Assembly (NCBI GenBank): GCA_019429305.1
Contig: JAHYIR010000009.1
Span: forward strand, 1,837 to 65,836
Direction of reading: 5' to 3'
DNA: 64,000 nt
Origin: Candidatus Cloacimonadota bacterium
GTDB taxonomy: Bacteria; Cloacimonadota; Cloacimonadia; Cloacimonadales; JAJBBL01
Under the pieces are notes generated by a model, which worked only from the letters and a program-made list of their open reading frames with translations, was not told the origin of the DNA and did not search any database. Position 1 is the stretch's first letter, and each line of letters begins with the position of its first letter. A program made the translations under genes and the position numbers. Positions 57,796 to 64,000 of the stretch are shown here, piece by piece.

Positions 57796-58788
57796 ATGAA
57801 ACGAAGAGATATAGTTAACATTGCGATCTTGTTAGCAGTGATCTTCATAGCCATTTATCGCTATAAGGTGCAGTATAATACCGAAACAAGATCCCGCTTT
57901 ATGATGGATACACTGGTCGAACTGTCTTTTACTGCCCGTCAGAAGAATATCCCGGCAATAATGGACAGCACTATTGCCTTGATGAATCATTATGAACGGA
58001 AATTTTCTTATTATGATGAAGAAGGAGATCTTTGGAGGATCAATAATTATAGGCATGAGAAAGTGGAGATTGATCCAGAATTCTATGAACTTTTAACTTT
58101 GGCAGAGATCTTTTATCAAAAAACCGATGGGAGATATGATGTTTCAATAGGAGTTTTAACAGAGATATGGAACAGCGAACGAACGTATCCACCACCGGCA
58201 GATTCTATCAGAATGGCTATGGATAAAGTAGGATTTTCTGATATAATAATCAGGCCTAATTACATTATACGACCGGTAGGAATGAAGATCAATCTGGGTA
58301 GTATAGCCAAAGGATATATCATAGACAAAGCAGTAGAATATGCCATATCGAAAGGGATTCATAGTGGTTACATTAATGCCGGAGGGGATATCCGCTTGTT
58401 TGGCGATCAAGGAAGAGAGCAACTGATCGGAATTCAACATCCCAGAGATGTTAATGATGTTATTGCTGTTCTAGCTATAAAAGACAGGGCAGTAGTTACC
58501 TCCGGAGATTATGAGAGATACTTTGATCATGAAGGTCGGAGATATCATCATATAATAGATGCTTTGACAGGATATCCTGTAGATAACATCTTTTCCGTAA
58601 CAGTACTGGCACCCAATACTACTTTAGCTGATGTGTTATCAACAGCCATCTTTCTTCTCACACCCGAGGAGGGAATTAATTTGATCAAGTCTTATTCTGA
58701 TACGGAATGTGTAATATACTATCACGATGGTGAGGAGATAGTATCTTTAAGATCTGAAGGGATCAGAGACTTAATAGTCACAGACTAA
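57796..58788 (+). CDS. apbE: FAD:protein FMN transferase (ApbE family)
   Basis: Single N-terminal TM/signal anchor. Motifs are MDT.VEL, DVSIG, the flavin-binding LGSIAKGYIIDKA, and TSGDYERYF...HHIID. Confidence 0.85.
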   Translation: MKRRDIVNIAILLAVIFIAIYRYKVQYNTETRSRFMMDTLVELSFTARQKNIPAIMDSTIALMNHYERKFSYYDEEGDLWRINNYRHEKVEIDPEFYELLTLAEIFYQKTDGRYDVSIGVLTEIWNSERTYPPPADSIRMAMDKVGFSDIIIRPNYIIRPVGMKINLGSIAKGYIIDKAVEYAISKGIHSGYINAGGDIRLFGDQGREQLIGIQHPRDVNDVIAVLAIKDRAVVTSGDYERYFDHEGRRYHHIIDALTGYPVDNIFSVTVLAPNTTLADVLSTAIFLLTPEEGINLIKSYSDTECVIYYHDGEEIVSLRSEGIRDLIVTD

Positions 58789-58820
58789 ATTCGATGTTGC
58801 AGATAAATAGTGAGTGAATA

Positions 58821-59609
58821 ATGTTAAGCAAAGATATTCAAAATTTACCCGACTCCCGCAAAGAGAAGATAGACAAAGTAGGGGTTAAGAACCTCAAGTA
58901 TCCGATCATAGTACAAGACAGAGTAAATGAATTACAAAAAACCATTGCTGAGATAGATTTCTTTGTTGAATTACCGCACCATTACCGCGGTACACATATG
59001 AGCAGATTTATTGAAGTCCTTAATCAATACCATCAAGAAGATTTCATTGAAAATCTACCCCATATTTTAGCAAGCATCAAGCAGAAACTATCTGCAGACA
59101 GAGCATATATAACCCTTAAATTCCCTTACTTTATGGAGAAAAAAGCACCGGTATCCGGTATAGCCTCTTTATTAAATTATAATTGTACTTTCGTTGCTTC
59201 ACTTTCTGAACAATATAAGCTCACAATAGGGGTAGAAGTTCCAATTACAACCGTTTGTCCCTGTTCAAAAGAGATCAGTCAACAGGGAGCACATAATCAG
59301 AGATCAATTGTGACTGTGCTCCTCACTTATAATGGTTTCATCTGGCTGGAAGAGATCATTGAGTATGTCGAATCAATTGCCAGCTCAGAAGTTTATCCTC
59401 TGTTAAAGAGAGAGGACGAAAAATTCCTGACAGAAAAGGGTTATGAAAACCCTAAATTTGTGGAAGATATCGTTAGGGATTTAGCAATATTACTCAAAAA
59501 AGACAAAAGAATAACCGGCTTTAAAATATCCTCTGAGAATTATGAATCAATACATAATCATAATGCTTATGCCTATTTAGAGTGGGAACGGAAGAAAGAC
59601 ACAGACTAA
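58821..59609 (+). CDS. folE2: GTP cyclohydrolase FolE2 (type IB / MptA family)
   Basis: Motifs are VGVKNLKYPI, GTHMSRF, VCPCSKEIS and GAHNQRS, in family order at about 260 aa. Confidence 0.85.
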   Translation: MLSKDIQNLPDSRKEKIDKVGVKNLKYPIIVQDRVNELQKTIAEIDFFVELPHHYRGTHMSRFIEVLNQYHQEDFIENLPHILASIKQKLSADRAYITLKFPYFMEKKAPVSGIASLLNYNCTFVASLSEQYKLTIGVEVPITTVCPCSKEISQQGAHNQRSIVTVLLTYNGFIWLEEIIEYVESIASSEVYPLLKREDEKFLTEKGYENPKFVEDIVRDLAILLKKDKRITGFKISSENYESIHNHNAYAYLEWERKKDTD

Positions 59610-59634
59610 AGTCTATGTTACGGAAAAAGGAAAT

Positions 59635-62187
59635 ATGCAAGAAGATAAAATAGTCGCTAATATAAGTTCAAAGACCCTTAATAACGGATTTAAAACTATC
59701 ATGGCTCCGCATCATGCTCATCCTGTAATATCTCTACAGCTATTTGTCAGGATCGGTTCATGCTGGGAATCTGAGCAGGAAGCAGGATATTCACATCTCA
59801 TGGAGCATCTGGTCTTTAAATCAACAAAAAAGTTCCCGGCGAATGCATTAACAGTCAGAGCTTCTTATCTGGGGAGTAACATCAATGCCTATACTGAATT
59901 CGATTCTACCTGTTATTATCTAACTCTCTCATCTCAGTTTTCTAATGATGGTTTGGAAATATTGAGTGAACTGGTCCGTCAGGCAAATTTTTCTACTAAA
60001 GAATTCTCTTATGAAAAGGGGGTTGTACTCGAAGAACTGAATCAGTATCAGAATGATCCGGAAGATCACTTTCTGGAAGAGATCCCGAAACTCTATTTTA
60101 TTGAAAGCCCCTTTAAAAAACCGATTATCGGAGACAGGGATTCTTTGACTAAAGCGACAAGAGCTAAATTGAATCAGTTTTATAAAAAGTATTACATACC
60201 TCAGAATTGTTATTTAGTTGTTAGTGGAGATTTTAATAAACAGGAGCTTTTAGAGCAAGTCGAATTCTATTTCGGAGATTGGCAACCCGGTGATTTAGCC
60301 ATCCAACATGAAAAGGTGACAACCTATCCGGAATCTTTCATAATAAAATCTCTCCCTAAAAATGTTGCTAAATCAATGCTCGGGTTTGTACTGCCTGAAT
60401 TGTCAGATAAGAACCCCGAATCACATACATTAGGTCTGATTACTCGTATTTTTGCCATTGGTAAGAAATCACGACTATATCGTCGCCTCTTTGTAAAAGA
60501 AAAACTGGTAGATCAGATCAGAGTAGAATCATTTACAGGGATCAATGACGGTATCTCGGTAATATTGATCATACCTAAAAGTAATGCAGATATTGAGCAA
60601 ATAATCGAGATCTTTTTAGAAGAGTTTGAGTTGATCAGGCATTTCGGTTTCAGTATTGATGAATTCAATGAAGCAAAAACCGAACTACTCCATTCGCACC
60701 GCTACTCTTTTGAATATATGCGATATTTAGGCATGAGTTTGGGGACAGAGGAGATGTTAGGAGATTACAAACTCTTTATTGAATATCCCAAGATGTTAAA
60801 GAAGATCTCTGAGAGATCGGTCTATGATATCCTTAAAAAGTATTATAATTTTCAGCAGTTAGGTATATTTCATCTCGGCAAGAACTTTTCTATAGAGGAT
60901 AAGATAAAAGCTCGGGTCAAAGAGCTACAAGTAAAAAAGATCAAGAATGGTGCTATAAAGAGTGATTTTTACGAAACAAGTCTTCCCAGTGGTACTAAGG
61001 TCTTGTTTAAAAGGGTTGTAGGAAGACCAACCATAGGCATTACAGCAGCTTTTAGAGTTTCACAGCTTAATGAAATCACTGAAAACAGGGGGATAAATCT
61101 CCTGACTTCTATTATGTTACTATATGGTAATCAAAGAAATTCTTATGACCAGTTACTGGAATTTTGTTCTCAACACGGTATTCAGATAGATATTACAGCT
61201 CAAGAAGAAGTTACTTTAGTCAAAGTAAAGTGTTTTACCGAAATGTTTGCCACCAGTTTGGAGCTATTGGCTGATATTATTAAGTATCCATTATTTCCGG
61301 CAGAGCATTTTCATAATATTCAAAAGACTCTCTTGAGTAATCTAGAAAGGGTAAAGGATTTTCCTGTGTACTATGCTGCATATCTCTGGAAACGGCAGTT
61401 TTTTGGCAGAGATAGTAACTTATTGGAACGAGAAGGTACAAAAACAACACTCCGTAAGTTAACCCGTAAGCAAATATTGAACTGGTTCTATGAACATTAC
61501 AATAGCTCTCAAATGATTCTGTCTATTGTTGGTGATTTTGATTTCGAAGACACTCTCTTCAATTGTGAAAGGATCTTTCGCGGAGAAAAGAGCAAAACAA
61601 TTATATCGAAGCAAAAGGTTATCTTTTCACCCAATAAACTTCATAAGCGAAATACTCTACCTCAGAATCAACAAGCGATAATTCATATTGGGGGTTTGGG
61701 TTGTTCTGCTCAGGAAATTGAGAAAAATACAGCTTTTCACCTCCTCGCTCAGGTTATTGGTGGTGATATGAATTCCCGTTTAACTAATGAGTTACGTGAG
61801 AAGAGAGGGTGGGCATATACTACCGGTTTTGATTATCTTTCAACGCAGGAGATAGGTTTTTTTGTGGCCAGCGCTATGGTAGATAAGAAGAAAAGTAAAC
61901 AGGCCTATGCACTGATGATCAAGATATTAGAAGATATCAAGAAAAAGGGTGTTACGGAAGAAGAGCTGGAAATAGCAAAAAATACAGTCAGAGGACAGCG
62001 TCTGAGAGCCGAAGAGAGTGTTTTGGGTCAAGCTTCTGCTTTAGCTATGTTAGATCTTTTAGGTTATGGTTATGAGTATTATCTGAAACGGGAAGAAAGA
62101 TTACAAAAGGTGACGACAAAAGATCTGCAGAATATTGCCCGTGAGTATTTCAAAGTCAAAAACCTTTACTGTCATTTCTTAGAGTAA
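59635..62187 (+). CDS. M16 (pitrilysin/insulinase) family zinc peptidase, fused two-module form
   Basis: The inverted zinc motif HxxEH is in YSHLMEHLVFKST, with a downstream E in VVLEELN. The second half is M16-like but lacks HxxEH, as in the inactive partner domains. Confidence 0.85.
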   Translation: MQEDKIVANISSKTLNNGFKTIMAPHHAHPVISLQLFVRIGSCWESEQEAGYSHLMEHLVFKSTKKFPANALTVRASYLGSNINAYTEFDSTCYYLTLSSQFSNDGLEILSELVRQANFSTKEFSYEKGVVLEELNQYQNDPEDHFLEEIPKLYFIESPFKKPIIGDRDSLTKATRAKLNQFYKKYYIPQNCYLVVSGDFNKQELLEQVEFYFGDWQPGDLAIQHEKVTTYPESFIIKSLPKNVAKSMLGFVLPELSDKNPESHTLGLITRIFAIGKKSRLYRRLFVKEKLVDQIRVESFTGINDGISVILIIPKSNADIEQIIEIFLEEFELIRHFGFSIDEFNEAKTELLHSHRYSFEYMRYLGMSLGTEEMLGDYKLFIEYPKMLKKISERSVYDILKKYYNFQQLGIFHLGKNFSIEDKIKARVKELQVKKIKNGAIKSDFYETSLPSGTKVLFKRVVGRPTIGITAAFRVSQLNEITENRGINLLTSIMLLYGNQRNSYDQLLEFCSQHGIQIDITAQEEVTLVKVKCFTEMFATSLELLADIIKYPLFPAEHFHNIQKTLLSNLERVKDFPVYYAAYLWKRQFFGRDSNLLEREGTKTTLRKLTRKQILNWFYEHYNSSQMILSIVGDFDFEDTLFNCERIFRGEKSKTIISKQKVIFSPNKLHKRNTLPQNQQAIIHIGGLGCSAQEIEKNTAFHLLAQVIGGDMNSRLTNELREKRGWAYTTGFDYLSTQEIGFFVASAMVDKKKSKQAYALMIKILEDIKKKGVTEEELEIAKNTVRGQRLRAEESVLGQASALAMLDLLGYGYEYYLKREERLQKVTTKDLQNIAREYFKVKNLYCHFLE

Positions 62188-62189
62188 TA

Positions 62190-62957
62190 ATGATCACTGC
62201 AGGTATTGATATAGGTTCTCGTAATACGAAAATAATCTTCTGGGATACTGATCTGGCAAAGATGGTCTGCAAAAAAGTAGTAACTACCGGAACAGAACCT
62301 CAAAGAACGGCTCAAAAACTTTTAGCAGATAGTTTGGTATCACTAAATATACATGATAAAAACATTCCCTTCAATTCAACTGGTTATGGAAGAAAATTGA
62401 TCAACTCTGATCACATCTCTGAGATCAGTTGTCATGCAAGAGGGATCAGGCAGTTAATACCTACCACCATGACTATTATCGATATTGGTGGTCAGGACTC
62501 AAAAGTTATCAGCTTGGATAGAGAACATCATATAATTGAATTTGCTATGAATGACAAATGTGCAGCCGGTACAGGAAGTTTTCTGGAAAGAATATCTGAA
62601 TTATTCAATGTTCCTCTCTCTTCATTAGGTGAGTTAGCACTTCAATCACAAGAGAATGTTGATATTTCGAGCACCTGTGTTGTTTTTGCTGAATCAGAGA
62701 TAATCTCTTTGATCAATCGCAACACTTCTCAGAATGATATCCTGATGGGAATTCATCGCTCTATAGCGAAAAGAGTAAAAAATCTGTTATCTAATATCCA
62801 ATGGCAACCCCCGGTAACTTTGACCGGTGGTGTAGCTCTTAATTTAGGGGTACAAAAAGCTTTAGAAGATGAACTACAAACAAAGATATCTGTTCCTGAT
62901 GAACCAATCTTTTCCGGTGCTTTAGGTGCCGCTTTTTTTGCTGCTAATCTTGAGTAG
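62190..62957 (+). CDS. Acyl-CoA dehydratase activase (BcrA/HgdC/BadF-type ATPase)
   Basis: The ASKHA fold has GIDIGSRNTKII and DIGGQDSKVI. The cluster-bridging Cys contexts are NDKCAAGTGSFLE and STCVVFAESE. Length is about 255 aa. Confidence 0.85.
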   Translation: MITAGIDIGSRNTKIIFWDTDLAKMVCKKVVTTGTEPQRTAQKLLADSLVSLNIHDKNIPFNSTGYGRKLINSDHISEISCHARGIRQLIPTTMTIIDIGGQDSKVISLDREHHIIEFAMNDKCAAGTGSFLERISELFNVPLSSLGELALQSQENVDISSTCVVFAESEIISLINRNTSQNDILMGIHRSIAKRVKNLLSNIQWQPPVTLTGGVALNLGVQKALEDELQTKISVPDEPIFSGALGAAFFAANLE

Positions 62958-63059
62958 GAATAATGGCTGTTTACATAGGAAAGTAGAATTATATAAAAGA
63001 AAAGAATTGCTTGACTCGATAAAATCTTTTTTATAGTTAAAAAAATAATTTTGAGTTTA

Positions 63060-64000
63060 ATGATGAAGATAATCAACTACAGATCATACTTTTTCTTGTT
63101 TTCTACACTATTACTCTTTTTCTTTAGCGGTATATTTACTACTGTGTTAGGTAAAGATAATGATCTGTGGAAGAGATTTACTACTGAGTTAGAAATATCT
63201 GATCTGGATCGGGAGTACTATCAGGAAGCTCTGTTAGCTAAAAATAATTCGGATTGGGATACTGCCTTTTCATCATTAGAGAAAATAAGCGACCCTTTAA
63301 GCAGAAAAGAGTATGTCTTATTATTCCCGGAGCTCTATTTCCTTTCTAGCTCTTATGCAGAGGTGTTTGATTACATTGATAACTTACCCCTAAGGGTAAA
63401 GATTGTTCTTTTTGATGATCTGATCGAGTATTATATCTTATCAGCATTAAACACAGAACAATATGAAAAGATATCAGAGTTTATCGAGTTGCAGAGAGAG
63501 TATTTTTCTGAAGAGATCCATAGCATCTATAAACAAACTCTCTATAATTTGCTGGTTAATGGGAAAAATGAGCAGGTTATTGATTTGACCGATATATTCC
63601 CCAATTCAATATATCATCCGGGAGAGAAGAATTTTATCTTGGGAATAGCTTATTATAATTTACAGTATTACCGGTTATCTTATGCTTTTATGCGAAATGT
63701 CCTCGATTCGGGAAACGAGATGCTCCTAACCAGTGCGTATGATTATATTTCACTGATATCTTATTATCTCCAAGATGATTCTTTGTTACCGGAAGATTTA
63801 ACTCTTCTATCAAATAGAGCCCGGTTTAATCTTATCCTTTATGTATTAGAAAATAGCTTGATTGATGAAGCTAATTCACTCTCTTTACTTCTTGAAAATG
63901 ATTATCACAGATCTCTCATTGACCTCTTTATAGCTTGGGAAAACAATCATTTTAAAACAGCAGCAACACTTTTAACTTCCATCGAAGAAGAAGACTTAGA
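63060..64000 (+). CDS. Partial ORF (runs off the right edge): signal/TM-anchored, helical-repeat-like protein of unknown function
   Basis: Not in the supplied ORF track. My own translation from the ATG at 63060 (MMKIINYRSYFFLFSTLLLFFFSGIFTTVLGKDNDLWKRF...) stays open for 313 codons to the window end. A TTGACT/TATAGT promoter-like pair lies at 63011-63037. Confidence 0.6.
   Translation, partial: MMKIINYRSYFFLFSTLLLFFFSGIFTTVLGKDNDLWKRFTTELEISDLDREYYQEALLAKNNSDWDTAFSSLEKISDPLSRKEYVLLFPELYFLSSSYAEVFDYIDNLPLRVKIVLFDDLIEYYILSALNTEQYEKISEFIELQREYFSEEIHSIYKQTLYNLLVNGKNEQVIDLTDIFPNSIYHPGEKNFILGIAYYNLQYYRLSYAFMRNVLDSGNEMLLTSAYDYISLISYYLQDDSLLPEDLTLLSNRARFNLILYVLENSLIDEANSLSLLLENDYHRSLIDLFIAWENNHFKTAATLLTSIEEEDL

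Overview
AT-rich (about mid-30s % GC by eye), densely coded bacterial chromosomal window. I count about 47 protein genes, one tmRNA and one TPP riboswitch. I saw no rRNA, tRNA, CRISPR array, transposase or phage genes. Many secreted proteins end in an NYPNPFNP-type T9SS/FlgD-Ig C-terminal domain. Together with the C25 gingipain-like peptidases, selA-selB, a 2-hydroxyacyl-CoA dehydratase activase and archaeal-type lipid genes, this suggests an anaerobic, proteolytic FCB-group bacterium, most plausibly Cloacimonadota; that placement is inference only.

Layout:
- 1-242: thi4 5' end behind a TPP riboswitch.
- 1.2-10.1 kb: three large secreted proteins with T9SS-type C-terminal domains (a 16-repeat protein, an M14 carboxypeptidase, a C25 peptidase).
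- 10-21 kb: housekeeping genes (rlpA, xerD, guaB, an HD-GYP response regulator coupled to selA-selB, a CDF transporter).
- 21.3-25.1 kb: PorU-like C25 peptidase.
- 25.3-25.7 kb: tmRNA.
- 26-36.7 kb: mixed operons (Hsp20 / degenerate GGDEF / DUF4139; udk, O-methyltransferase, GT2 and dnaX; perM-like; DUF512; prepilin peptidase).
- 37-48 kb: a tightly coupled operon with GGPP synthase, a DGGGP-synthase-like UbiA prenyltransferase and a GGGP synthase, followed by a PHP phosphoesterase, SDR, methyltransferase-like protein, MprF-flippase-like membrane protein, MoxR ATPase and a CRTAC1/FG-GAP protein.
- 48.4-57.6 kb: three secreted proteins (metzincin, orphan, 1995-aa S8 subtilase with MBG repeats) that share a different C-terminal module ending in FYRVIA(S/T)TE.
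- 57.8-64 kb: apbE, folE2, an M16 peptidase, the activase and a partial ORF.

Most interesting: the archaeal-type ether-lipid cassette with its uncharacterised coupled tailoring and export genes, and the second family-specific C-terminal module on the protease island.
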